Assembly (NCBI GenBank): GCA_038087875.1
Contig: JAXLNO010000708.1
Location: 1-64,000 of the forward strand
From: Malacoraja senta
Lineage: Eukaryota
Direction of reading: 5' to 3'
Length of the DNA stretch: 64,000 nucleotides
Part shown: positions 35,999-48,441 of the stretch, piece by piece
How positions within the stretch are numbered: position 1 is the first letter of the stretch
Layout of the letters: each line of letters starts with the position of its first letter
Notes under the pieces: model-generated
Told to the model about the DNA's origin: nothing
What the model saw: only the letters and a program-made list of their open reading frames with translations
Databases searched by the model: none
Position numbers and translations under genes: made by a program

Positions 35999-37284
35999 AG
36001 AGAGCTGTTGAATGGAGCAAAGTACAGAGAGATACTTGATGAAAACCTGCTCCAGAGCATTCTGGACCTCAGACTGGGGCAGAGGTTCACCTTCCAACAG
36101 GACAATGACCATAAGCACACAGCCAAGACAATGCAGGAGTGGCCTAGCCAGAGCCCGTACTTGAACCTGATCTCGGGAGGGACCTGAAAATAGCTGTGCA
36201 TTGACGCTCCCCATCCAACCTGCCAGAGCTTGAGAGGATCTGCAGAGAAGAATGGGAGAAATTACCCAAATAGAGGTGTGCCAAGCTTGTAGCGTCATAC
36301 CCAAGAAGACTTGCGGCTGTAATCGCTGCCAAAGGTGCCTCAACAAAGTACTGAGTCAAGGGTCTGAATACTTTTGTAAATGTGATATTCCAGTTATTTC
36401 TTAGTAATTACTTTGCAAAAATTTCTAAACACCTGTTTTCACTTTTTTATTATGGGGTATTGTGTAGATTGATGATAAAAAAAAAAATTTAATCCATTTT
36501 AGAATAAGACTAACGTAACAAAATGTGGAAAATAGTGGTCAGAATACTTTCTGAATGCACTGTATATGTCACAAACATCATATATCTTATTCCATAACAT
36601 TAATAATCGCAATTCTTTTTAGGACACTACTATTATTGACAGTTTTCTAAACTTTCATTTTATTAATGTAGGGAAGTATTTTCCACGTATCTTCTATCTT
36701 TCATTTTCATCTGCTTCTCAGGCTATGCTTAAGGCTATTTTACATTCAATCATCAAATCATAATGCAAGTAACATTTTCTATACCCCCTGACATTTACAA
36801 TTTAATATAAATGCTATCACGGATCACTTATTGTCACAACCTTTTGGTCCTACAAAAGCATCCTTCTGTATGTATTCTTAAATGAATATAATCAGGCAAC
36901 AAGATCTTGGCATTGTTAGTACTGCAAATTTATGTTCCACTTTCCTGCTCGCGCACTGTTCGATATTCAGGTCTATGAATCACAGCGTTGTGGAGAACTA
37001 ATGGAATTAATGGCACCAGAAACAAGCCTGATATTCTGTGAAAATTCAATCTTGTATTGCCGCTTTATCAACATTTTTAATAAATAATTTTTCTGGCAAT
37101 ATTATAGTAGACAATGATGGAACATTCAACCAATCGCCGTAACTCCTAAAAATGTTTCAAAAAACATTACTAGTAGAGGTATCATCTGCTCTTTTCAGTT
37201 GATTTTGATTATCTATAACAGATCTCAAAGTGCTTCTACCATCAAAATTTCCAGAAATACAATGCAATTTCACCATAGGTAAAT

Positions 37285-37557
37285 CGAGGACCAGAGGTTT
37301 AAGGTGAAGGGGAAAAGATTTAATAGGAATTTGAGGGGTAACCTTTTTACACAAAGGGTGGAGGGTGTATGGAACAAGCTGCCAAAGAAGGTAGTTGAGG
37401 CTGAGGCTAGCCCAACATTTAAGAAACAGTTAGACAGGTACATGGATAGCATAGGTTTGGAGGGATATATAGACCTAACCCAGGTAGGTGGGACTCGTGT
37501 AGCTGGGACATGTTGGTCGGTGCCTGTTTCTACACTGTATCACTCGATGACTCTATA
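37285..37557 (+). mobile_element. CR1 3' end
   Basis: RGNLFTQRVEGVWNKLP...TFKKQLDRYM. Confidence 0.8.
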
Positions 37558-38849
37558 ATTTATTTGAAAGGGTGCTGTGGATAGCTTGTTCTTAATCTCC
37601 CTCTAATACAGTTGTGTGCCCAGGATCTTGTTATGGTTCTTCCGCAAGATTGATACAGTGCTTTCTTTGTGCTTCTAAATACAACAATGCCTTTTCTCTG
37701 ACATCTTTAGTTGCTTCCCATAACTTGTTCTCAGCTTCTGCTTGATGTCACTTTCTTCCTGCAAATAACTTGGGACTACATAACTTTCAAAAGACGTTTG
37801 CAACCACAAATAATTAAAATGTTTAAAAATGCAAATGGTGCAAAGAAAACTATATTTGGATAGTATGTTGCTCATGAACAGGAAAGCATTTGGAGGTTTA
37901 CAACTGGATCATATCCCCACCATTCCATTTATAGGGATATTCAAAAACATTATCTTGCCATTAATACATGTTCAACTGAAAATACTGTCCACAATCAGTA
38001 GAAATAAACTATGACCAAGTTAAAGAAAATTCAAAAAATTTAATTGTAAAGTACTTTGGTGTACATTTGAATACAAATAATAATTGCATCCAATGTATGG
38101 ATCTTTTATTTATTTATCTGTTTATTTATTTATTGTCACAACCAAGGACCACCATTTTAGACATGTATAATTAGCTTTCCTTGAGAAAAGATTCTGAAAG
38201 CATAACTTGAGAAAAAATGGTTACCACAACAGTTATAAATCAGGGCAAGCGTTCACTGATGTTAAATTATTTGCAATATTTTACTGTAGTCAGTACCAGG
38301 AACCAAATGAATCCATAAAAGGTTAGGCAAACCAAGATTGAAATTGGCCTTTTGACCAATTCCAGCATTTTTGCAATGCCAGGAATTTTAAAATCATTTA
38401 TAAGATGGATTATTGTTTCAAAATCAATTACATAGGTTCCAATAAAAAAAATGAAGGGATAAACTGTACAAGAGAACTGGTTGCCACAAATGCTGATCCA
38501 ACTATTTACAGATAGATGAAGTAAACAAGAGTTAAACAAAACACCAGCAAGATAGGAAAGGAACCTTCCTTTAAAATCACTACTGTAAAATTAGTTAAAA
38601 CTGCTTAAGTGCAACTGAAATAAATCAAGGAAACATCCTCAACAAAAAGATAGACACAAAAACCTGGAGTAACTCAGTGGGCCAGACAGCATCTCTGGAG
38701 AAAAAGAATAGGTGACGTTTCGGGTTGAGAACCTTCTTCAAAATATCTTCGGATAAATCTTTTTGTTTTGTTTCCTATTTACCCATTCTCCTCCGAGTTC
38801 CTCTGCATCACCCTTTCACTTCTGTGTACAGAAATGCAACCAACTTCAC

Positions 38850-38930
38850 CTGCCATCTTTGCCCACTCCATACCCTTTGCCCACTCCATTGGAGTGCCAT
38901 CTTTGCCCACTCCATTGCCCACTCCATACC
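38850..38930. repeat. short tandem repeat (TTTGCCCACTCCAT core) x4
   Basis: Direct reading. Confidence 0.7.
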
Positions 38931-39889
38931 TTTCCACAATTATTTTTGAATTTCCAACCATTTCATGAAACAAGCACTGTATCTTACAAAGAACATGTAA
39001 ACAATATTAGCGTACAACAAAGTTGGTTTGAGGAATAAGTTCATATTTTTATCAAAAAAAGGCCTTTGCATCATATTGGATTCGCAATAACTCTGGAAAA
39101 GGAAACCAGGCAACCCCATTAGTGGTGCACTCTCTTCTGAATGTGCCTTAAATCAGCTTGGGAGACAATCTTGCTTTTCGTCTGCTTTGGGAAGCAGACT
39201 AGTCAACTGAAATGTATTAAGACGGTTAAAAATCATCAACTATTGTGAAAAGTAATTTAATAGAATCTTTTGTGTAAAGATTCAAGGTTATTCAAGCGAA
39301 AGTAATAAAATATAGCACGGAAGTGTCACAGAATGACTTAACATTACCTGATTTTCCTTCTTATTCCAAATTCCAAAATAAGTTGGCAATGCGAGTGAAA
39401 AATAACGCAGCATCAGATAGAGTCTATCCCTTGCTCTGCTACTGAGCATCTCATTAATATGCTGCACCACCATAAAATGCTCAAATCCAATTGGCACAAA
39501 TTAAGCACAAAGAGTAAGGTGCTATTTATTTTTTCCATAATAGTCCCATAACTAGCAAAATTAATCATCAATGCCATGCTATTATTGTGACAAAAATTGC
39601 ATTCCTCACGTGACTGATCGATCACATTTGAACCCACAGAACCATTGTGGAAGTAAAGTTATCTATGACCTCAACGGATTGCTTGAGATGACTACTACTG
39701 ACATTTATCATTTTATAAACATGGAACGTTCTGATAAACAAACATTGAAAAACATGAAACGACAGTCCACAATATGAATGTAATGTTAAGAAATAGTCTA
39801 CAACACAATTACATCAGTTATCTTAGAGAAGGGTCTATACAGTAATGTGTAATAATTTAGATCCAGATACTGGAATAGGATAATTTATT

Positions 39890-40045
39890 TCACCTTAGTT
39901 TAATAATCCAATAAAGAACAAAAAAGACAAAAAGTGCAAAAAGCATCATGTAGCACAAGACTTTTGTTTGGTTCCCACGAGATAAATGTTTGAGTCGACC
40001 AATGGTTGCTCCCAGCAGACCACCTGTAGATTCAAATCCTGAATC
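39890..40045 (-). CDS. BET1: BET1 coding exon 4 (SNARE C-terminus, transmembrane anchor, stop)
   Basis: ttcacag|[51 protein letters not shown]. Confidence 0.96.
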   Translation of the reverse strand, partial: DSGFESTGGLLGATIGRLKHLSRGNQTKVLCYMMLFALFVFFVLYWIIKLR

Positions 40046-40611
40046 CTGTGAAGAGTATTGATACATAGCTGAAAATACACAACTCAAAAGTATACAATGG
40101 ATTATATAACCTTTAACACTACTAGGTGCTTTAGCAATTATTTTAATGTAAAATAGTTTGAATCTAAAAACAAAGGTTTGAAAAATTACCATATTTCAAT
40201 AATTATTTACATCAAGTAACAAATTGATGAACATCATTGTGGAGAAAGGAACTGGACGTTTTTTTTTAATGAAGATAGACACAAAGTACTGGAGTAACTC
40301 AGTAGGTCAGGCAGCTTCGCTGAAGAAATAGGGTTGATGACATTTTAGGACGGGATCCTTCATCAGCCACCATCATTCAGCCGTGAACATCATGAATCTG
40401 TTTCAAGAGCCTATGAATCCTTGTACAAAAACATTTTACTGCAAACATATTTTATTAAATTCCTCTCATAATTTATAAGCTTTCATATATACCAACACAA
40501 TTCAAGCTACCTTTGCATTCCTCATTATTTGGACACATTAGTTTTGCAGACACTGACTACTGAAGCAACAAAGAGCTTTACAATTATGTCCACCTTCTAG
40601 CTGCACACATA

Positions 40612-40891
40612 AGCCCCTGTCCCATGATGCGAGTTTACCCAAGAGCTCTCCCGAGTTTAAAAAAAATCAAACTCGTGGTACTTCATCACGAGTATTTTTT
40701 TACTCTTGGAAATTTTTCACTGTTGGAAAAACTTCACGAGTTTCCACGTTTCCCGAGTACCTGCCCTTAGCATTACGAGCCGCTACGAGACATCCACGAG
40801 CTCCGACGTACCCGCTACTTACTTACCAGTTTGATTTTTTTTTTTAACTCGGGAGAGCTCTTGGGTAACCTCGCATCGTGGGACAGGGCCT
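40612..40891. mobile_element. PIF/Harbinger-type MITE in BET1 intron 3
   Basis: TIRs AGCCCCTGTCCCATGATGCGAG...ACCCAAGAGCTCTCCCGAGTT and its reverse complement; TSD imperfect (ATA/TTA). Confidence 0.8.
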
Positions 40892-41323
40892 TTATATTTG
40901 GTTGAATACTTACTTGCTTATTTTTTTGCAATGACTGCAAAGTCAGGATAACTTAGCAGTGACAAATCTTGAATATAAAGAATATAAAGAATCAGTGAGA
41001 TAAATCATTATAAAGCAATATAAAGAATCAGTGAGATAAATCATTTCCAGTACAATCCCCTTACTGACATAATAAAGCACTTGTGATAATGTAGCTGATT
41101 TATGCTCATTAAAATTCCATTATATCAAAATGCTTAAATCCAAACTGCTGAAATTAGAAAATGAACTATGCATCAACGACACATTCTTCAAAAAGGGACC
41201 CGACACAAAAGGCTGTCCACTTTCCTTCATGGATGCTGCCTGATCTGTTTGGTTTCTCCAGCACTTTGCATGCAGACAATACATTTTTACTGATATCTGA
41301 TTGAGAGTGTACTTGACACGTAC

Positions 41324-41380
41324 CATTTCATCCAGCACTTTGTTGTGGTACTTCACTTCAGTTCCAATATCAATGGAAAG
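41324..41380 (-). CDS. BET1: BET1 coding exon 3
   Basis: gacag|LSIDIGTEVKYHNKVLDEM|gtacg; 57 nt, phase 0/0. Confidence 0.95.
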
Positions 41381-41559
41381 CTGTCAGTAGGGGGAGATTT
41401 AACAAAATGCGAAATGTTTATTTGTCCTCGGATGTGTTATTCAATATTTCTAAATTCCAATAGGTGTGTTATAAATTATGATGATTACATTTTCATTTAA
41501 TAGCACATTTCTGGTGTCTACCTAGCAGCAAAGCAAAATGTTGCTGGAAATGTTCATGA

Positions 41560-41850
41560 CATAGTGGCACAGCCAATACAGCTGATGCCTCACAGCTCCA
41601 GTGATCTGGGTTCAATCCTGATCTCTGGTGCTGATTGTGTGTTCTGCCTTTACAGCGGTTTCCTCTCACATCCCAAAGATTTATAGGTGGATAGGGTAAT
41701 CGGACACTATCAATTCTTGTTGGTGGTTTAAGTGAGCAGTAGAATCCAGGAGAAAATTATGGACATTTGGGGAAAATTAAATTGGATTGATTGTAAATGG
41801 GTGCCTGATAATCAAGTGTTTAGCTGCTAGGCCAAAGGACTGTTTTTTCT
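41560..41850 (+). mobile_element. degenerate V-SINE/HE1-like SINE
   Basis: GTGGCACAGC...GGGTTCAATCCTG...CACATCCCAAAGA. Confidence 0.6.
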
Positions 41851-42796
41851 GCCTTCTCACAAAGTTGGTCCTCCTGATCAAAGAGAATGAAAAGTCTTGG
41901 ATAACTTTCTGCTGGACCTAATGATTACACACTACATTACATTAAACTATCTTCACTTGCAAAGTCAGTTCAATGCATTCTTCATGCAATCCAATTTTGG
42001 CCTCTTTAACTGTTCTCTTTGTGTTTTAATTCTATTTCCATCTCTGTACCCAGAGGCCAGTAAGTATTTCCAAAAGGTATAGAGCAAAGGTCACAGGAAT
42101 AGGAGTCAAATTAGACCATATGGCCCACTAAGTCTACTCCGCCATTCAATCATGGCTGATCTATCTGTCCCTCTTAACCCCATTCTCCTGCCATCTCCCC
42201 ATAACCTCTGACACCTTTACTAATCAATAATTTATCTATCTCTTAAAAATATCCAAAACAGATGAGTACCCATGCATTGGAATTGTTCAATTATTTGCAT
42301 TAAATCTCTTGTTTCACATAATTATTATGCACTGTTATATGTGCAATTATTATGCACAATAATAATGATGCACAGTTATAGGAATGGGTATGTGATTTAA
42401 TATAAAAATAAAACTATTATTGCAGTCATGGTGTAGTTAGAGTTGCAACAGAGGCTGTACATAATGTCAACCTCTAGGTACATTTTGAGCATGAAAAATA
42501 GAAAAAAACACACAGGACGGCACTCTACAGAGGTTAAACAAATTCAAGATACTTTGTTCACTTTTTATTGCAAAGTCATAAGTGCCCTGTATTTAAACTA
42601 ATAATTTTGTGCATCCCACAGGAAATTTTACCAAATTTTGAAAAAATCTATTTTCAAACATGAATCAGCAAGCACAATTCAATAAACTACAAAAATCAGA
42701 TTTTTCTTTACAAAAAGCAAGAGGTTCCTTGCTTCAAATTATTAGTTATTGAGTGATTTACTAATTACTGAATAATTGGAGGAAATTAATCTAGCA

Positions 42797-44189
42797 TCTA
42801 TATAATTAAAACTCTCATCTTGACCACTTCCTGTTTGCACTGTGCTTTGATTTTAGAAAAAACGCTACCACACATGGTTGTGATTTTTTGGCCATCTTAC
42901 TCAGTCCTCCTCCGCTGCGCAGGCCCCGAGGATTTTTCCCATCGATGAAAAATTAAAGACTTATTAGTGTTTTAAAAATCTTGAGATTCTCTCTCCTGTC
43001 AATTACCGCCATGAAGGCCACACCTCTTCCGGTGGGAGGGGGGAGGAACTATAAAACCTGGAAGTGTGGGCGTGGCTCAGTCTGTCTGCAAGATGGCGAG
43101 GGAGAGGTCACGACTCTCTGTCTGAGCTGGGAAACTACAGAACACTGTGAGTATGCAATGTACTTGAATAAATGATTTGTTAGCCCTTAATGAAAATTAA
43201 ATGAGTTGTTTGGCCTGCCCTGTGCTTGAAACTGCAATGGCAATGGAAATGAAGTGAAAGTGCAATAAGCTGTTTGGCTTGAGCCTGCCCTGTGCCTGAA
43301 AGTGCAGTGGCAATGGAAATGAAGTGAAAATGCAATCAGCTGTTTGGATTGGCCTGCCCTGTGCTTGAAACTGCAATGGAAGTGAAATGAAAATGCAATT
43401 GGAAATGAAATGAAATGAGTTGTTTGGCCTGCCTGAAACCACTAATTTCGGCCCACAAGGCCCCTATTAGCCAAGAAACCAGTCACTTTTGCCCAAAATG
43501 CCCGTATTAGCCCAGCAGGAGCATTTTGGCCAGCAAAAGTCCAGAGAAAGTGCCTTTCACATATATTTTTTTAAAGAGCCCCTTCGGCCCATCAGGCCTG
43601 TACCAGCCCAGGAGTCCCTTCGGCCCATCAATAAGTATTCCCCCTGCAAGTATTAAACCTCACCCCAGTATTTTTCTCCCTCCCTTCATTTGCTCCCTGT
43701 GAGATCCAGGCCAGGATAGACTTTCCTCCTTCATTGCTGTGATCTGCAGAAAAAGATGAAAAATGTCTAAAATTGATTCTCCGCCCTCTCCCCCTTCTCT
43801 CTCTCACAACGAGTCTCTCACCTGTTTTGGGCAGAATTTCTGGCAGTTTCTGAGCTGCCAGCCCACCAGGCCTGAGTGACTGAGCTGCCAGCCCACCAGG
43901 CCTGAGTGACTGAGCTGCCAGCCGACCAGGCCTGAGTGACTGAGCTGCCAGCCCACCAGGCCTGAGTGACTGAGCTGCCAGCCCAAGAATCCATTTGGCC
44001 CACAATGTCCATACTAGCCCTCTGGAAACCAGTCCATTTGGCCCACAACACCCATACTAGCGCTCCAGAAAGCCCCCCCCCCCACCCCACTGGCCAGCAA
44101 TATTAGAATTGGTGTAGAGGTGGAATATTGCATTGGGGGACCAGCCCTCCCATGTGAACATGGGACCCAACGGGTCCCACTAAGTCTAG
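42797..44189 (+). mobile_element. non-autonomous Helitron in BET1 intron 2
   Basis: A|TCTATATAATTAAAA start; TGGGACCC-AAC-GGGTCCCA hairpin then CTAG|T; internal repeats including a 30-bp unit at 43850-43985. Confidence 0.87.
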
Positions 44190-44519
44190 TTTACAATAAA
44201 TGTAGTTTAGATATAATAGAGCTCCACTCTTTTTACAATAAAGTCAATTGAAAATATAACCGTTAAATAAAATGACGTGTTATTCTCAATAAGCAACCGC
44301 GTGAAAGTTTTAATTAATCAAACTTAAAAAAACTATATAGTGTCTCGGTAGATTTTAAGTTTAAATCAACCATTTAAAAATTAACTGTATTCGGAATTCA
44401 TGGAATCAGTACCAAAGAATATGAATGCAAGGAGATAAATAATGAACATTTTAAAATACACTATTCAAAATCATTATTAGTTTACAGGAACACAATTATT
44501 CAGAAGTATTTGAACTTAC

Positions 44520-44614
44520 TGATTTTAATGCAGTCACTTTTTCTCGAAGGCCCTCGGCTATTTTATCATTTTCCTCTTCATAAACACTATAACCACCTCC
44601 AGCGTATCCTTCCC
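44520..44614 (-). CDS. BET1: BET1 coding exon 2
   Basis: cccag|(G)EGYAGGGYSVYEEENDKIAEGLREKVTALKS|gtaag; 95 nt, phase 1/0. Confidence 0.95.
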
Positions 44615-45019
44615 CTGGGAATCAGAAAATTAATTATGGAGAGATGAAATACAAATATTTGCATGGAAACAAATTGCATCTAAAATAAGTACATCTTTCA
44701 GTCCCTTTTCCTCCACCTCTTTTAAAAGCCTCCTTAAACCTCATATAAAGTGGGTAAGTCATCCTAATAGCTTGTTTTCTTTGATTTGTAGTCTATTTTC
44801 CTCTCTCTGTGAAATGTGTTGGGTCATTTTCAGACACTGCAACAGTAAGTATTTGTACAAAACTTACACCAAAGCAATCTGTTTGTGTGTTTCAAAGAAA
44901 CATTAACAAATACTGCCATATAGGAGACACATGGAGCAGACAACCAAAAGTTTGTTCAAATAATTATTTAAATTAGTATTTTTAAGGAAGGAAAGCAAAC
45001 AGATAGTCAGAAAGATTTC

Positions 45020-45290
45020 AGTTTAGTTTTGAGAAACAGTGTGGAAACAGGCCCTTTGGCCCACCAAGTCCACACCAACCAGCAATTGCCTGTCTGTTAA
45101 TTCCATCCTACACACTAGGGGCAATTTACAGAAGCCAATTAACCTACAAACCTGCACATCTTTGGAATGTGAAATGATGAAACTGGAGCACCCGGAGAAA
45201 ACCCACAGTCACAGAATGCACAAATTCTGTATAGACAGCTCCCTTTATCAGGATCGAACCCGGGCCTCTGGCGCTACAAGGCAGCAAGCC
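45020..45290 (-). mobile_element. V-SINE/HE1-like SINE
   Basis: Minus-strand B box CGGGTTCGATCC; same core as 10955-11255. Confidence 0.65.
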
Positions 45291-45351
45291 TATAGCACAT
45301 TACAGAATTTAGCAGGACCCAAAGGCATCGAATGGCGAAATGAATACATTT

Positions 45352-47398
45352 AAGGTCATCAGGTCAAAGGGCATGACGCACGGAGTAGCTCAATCCTTTT
45401 GGATTAAGGCAGCTTCCGGCATACACTGGTAACACACAAAACACGTACGTTCTTACCTGTTAGAAACCGCCAAAATGGTCAATTTCTGCGCTGTAAAATA
45501 TTGTGGAAATAGGGGTAACCGTGAGAGAAAACCGCCAAAATCACTGCTGCTCACTGACTTACGGAAGAGCAGCTTGCCGGCGGATTGAGGGCAAGTCCTG
45601 GCCCACGACCGCCCAGGGCTGGAGTCACCCTCCAGTCTGAACCCGAGCACCAGGGTGCAAGCGGCCGAAGGAGCGGATCCCTGGGAACAGCACCCACTCT
45701 CCCCCCGGGTCAGCGATGTCCGGCCACGGCCGCCCTCCGCCCCGTCTCCCCATGTGCGGCCGCACTGTGACGGGCTGTCGGTTGCTCCGGGCAGCGGACA
45801 CACGGGGCCATAAACCCGGCAACATCCCCATCAGCTGTAGCAGAGTTGGGGACAGTCTGGTCCCTCCGCCCAGAGTCAAGGCTCTGTCCCACGGGTAGGC
45901 GGTTACTGGCGGTGAAGCGCGGCGTCGCCGGAAGAGGGTACCGCATGGCAACCGCGAGCGCCGCGCCTATGCCGCGGGAGCGCCGCACGGATGCTGCGCA
46001 GGGGCCGAGTGATCTCCGTACGGCCGGTCCCACGAGCTTGTGGCGTCGGGTGATGACGACATCGCGCAACGCGACGTGCTACGCGATGACGTCATTTCGG
46101 ATCGCGGGGCATTACAGATGTATTTGAAGAGAGTGAAACAACGTCACCAGGATGTTATTTGCAATGCAATGTTTCGGTTATGAAGGGAGACTGGATTGAT
46201 TTGCTTTCCTTGAAGCAGAGGAGAGATTTGATTGAGATGTACAGTATAAGATTATGAGAGGTATTGATAGGCAAAGTTGTAAGAAGCCTTTCCCCATGAC
46301 AGAGGTAGATAAAACTAGCGGGTAAGGTAATTTAAGGTAAGGGGAATCTGAATTTTTCTTTTTCACCTAGAGAGTCATTGGAATCTGGAATGTTTTACCT
46401 GAACAGGTGGTGGAGGTTGGTACTCCCATCATGTTTATGGAGGATCTAGTTCAGCACTTAAATCACAAAGCATAGAAGGCTATAGACCATGTGTTGATAA
46501 GTTAGATCACTATAGACGGATCGCTGATTGTTGGATTTGGTGGGCCAAAGGACATCTGTATAACTCCATACCTCTAAATCTACATTATAGCATAAAGAAG
46601 AAACACTGAGCTTCAAGGGAAAAATAAGCTTGCCAAATCTGAGAGGTGATCGCGGCGCTGTGGCGGCGGCTGTGGCGGTGCTCGTGCCGCATTGGCTGTG
46701 GCGGTGCTCGTGCCGCACTGGCGGCGGGTGGCTGTGGCGGTGCTCGTGCCGCACTGGCGCCGGCTGTGCGGTAGGACAACATTTTTTAACGTTGTGGGTT
46801 TTTTGTGAGCACCGCACGGTCCCGGTGGTGTGCATGGGACCGACCCCGCACTCTGGCAGTCCACGAGCGGTACAAACTTCCTGCTTCACCGCCAGTAACC
46901 GCATACCCGTGAGACAGGCCTTTAACTGACCGCGATTCACCAGCACCCGACCCCCACACCACGGTAATTCACCCCCACCGACCTCAACACCGGGGTGATT
47001 CCCCCCCCCCTAAAAAACACCAAACACCGGCCGTGGGGACAGACGGCCCGGGGTCCGCGAGTGTGGAACCAGTCAGCGTGGAGTCCGGATGCTGGGACAG
47101 AAGACGGGCCCGCTGTTCTGGCAGCCATAGTAAGTGGTTACCTGACGTTCACCGCTTTTACTCCAGAAGGCGTTGCCTGGCAACAGTACGGGTCATAGAA
47201 ACATAGAAATTAGGTGCAGGAGTAGGCCATTCGGCCCTTCGAGCCTGCACCGCCATTCAATATGATCATGGCTGATCATCCAACTCAGTATCCCGTACCT
47301 GCCTTCTCTCCATACCCTCTGATCCCTTTAGCCACAAGGGCCACATCTAACTCCCTCTTAAATATAGCCAATGAACCTCGACTGCCGTGCAACCTCCC
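45352..47398 (+). mobile_element. THAP-remnant non-autonomous DNA element (same family as 48609-49452) with nested inserts
   Basis: Shared GACGCACGGAGT...AAACCGCCAAAATG leader; MVNFCAVKYCGNR start; right end CCGTGCAACCTCCC; CR1 insert at about 47195-47378. Confidence 0.7.
45879..46921. mobile_element. Harbinger-type MITE (inverted relative of 6260-6861) with foreign internal filler including a CR1 3' piece
   Basis: Ends AGGCTCTGTCCCACGG / CCGTGAGACAGGCCT; both arms align by eye to 6260-6861. Confidence 0.72.
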
Positions 47399-47810
47399 TA
47401 TAAGTATTTGATGACATTTCTGCAGTTTGGGAATTACTTGCAACTAGTTGTACCTCCAAGCAGCTATTGATCTTTGTGTAGGAAAGAACTGCAGATGCTG
47501 GTTTAAATCGAAGGTAGACACCAAAGATCTTTGGTAGACACAAAGTGCCGGAGTAACACAGCGGGTCAGGCAGCATCTCTGGAGAGATGGAATGGGTGAC
47601 GTTTCGGGTCGAGACCCTTGATCTTTACTCCGAATCGTTTGGCCTCTTTCCGTAAATTGCACGACTAAGTACTGCCGGCGAGTTAACGGGGAATAGCTCA
47701 GAATGCAGTTTTCAGCTAACTTGAGTTATGATGTCATAAACAAAACATCACCCACAAACAAGTACATGGTGATTTTCTTTTTAACAAAAATCAAAATATC
47801 CTCGTCTTAC

Positions 47811-47829
47811 CTAAACCTGCACGTCTCAT
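47811..47829 (-). CDS. BET1: BET1 coding exon 1
   Basis: ATG AGA CGT GCA GGT TTA G|gtaag = MRRAGL(G); 19 coding nt; joined exons give an open 108-aa BET1. Confidence 0.93.
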
Positions 47830-47929
47830 TTTTTCCAGCTGCCTGGTTTATTTTATGCTCTCGTGTGACGATGGCAGTGTAAGTACAGGATGGTTCACAC
47901 ACCAGCTGAACTGAACAGTGAGCTGAACT

Positions 47930-48330
47930 CTGTACTCGACTTCCTGGCAGCGCCACGACATCACTCTGGCGGCAGCGGTGCCGCGCGCCGGCTGCTGGGA
48001 GAATCTTGTGCAGTCCGCCCGCCGGCACCGGGTTCCAAAACCCGGCAGCTCGCGCCCCGCCGGCGCCGCGCGCCTCGCCCCGCGGCCGCACGAGAAGGAG
48101 CCGCGCTCCCCGGGTCCGCGACCGCCTCCTCCGCGGTCACCAGTGCTGCCCTCCGCACCCCCTCTCCCGCACCGAGACTACACCTCCCAGAGCTCACCGC
48201 CTGCACTCGTCACCACGCTCACGCCCGTGGGCTTCTGGACTGTACGGACGCATGAGTTGCCTGAACTTCGCTGACTTGGGGGAGGTTGCTTCTTGCGTCC
48301 TGTTTCCGTTATGCACATTGTTTGCGTTAG
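47930..48330 (-). promoter_or_regulatory. CpG-rich promoter/5' region of BET1
   Basis: Dense CpG in non-repeat sequence immediately upstream of the ATG exon; ETS-like CGGAA at about 48304-48308 on the minus strand. Confidence 0.65.
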
Positions 48331-48441
48331 GGAAAATAAGATCTTCTGTAGAAATTGCAATGCTCAGCTGCACGGCCACGGGAAGTATCTTGTGTAGAAA
48401 TTGCAAGGCGTCAGCTGTATGGACAGAGGGACGTGTTATTG

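Larger units (their letters stand above)
33239..36562 (+). mobile_element. Tc1-like transposon (long TIR type) with several nested insertions
   Basis: TA|CAGTGCATTCACAAAGTATT ... AATACTTTCTGAATGCACTG|TA; transposase remnant about 36000-36355 (FTFQQDNDHKHTAK...WPSQSPYLNLI). Confidence 0.9.

Noticed and set aside
37600..37760. Purine-rich exon-like segment on the minus strand after TTTGCAG
   Set aside because: No frame gives a recognisable protein; could be non-coding or UTR sequence but is unsupported.
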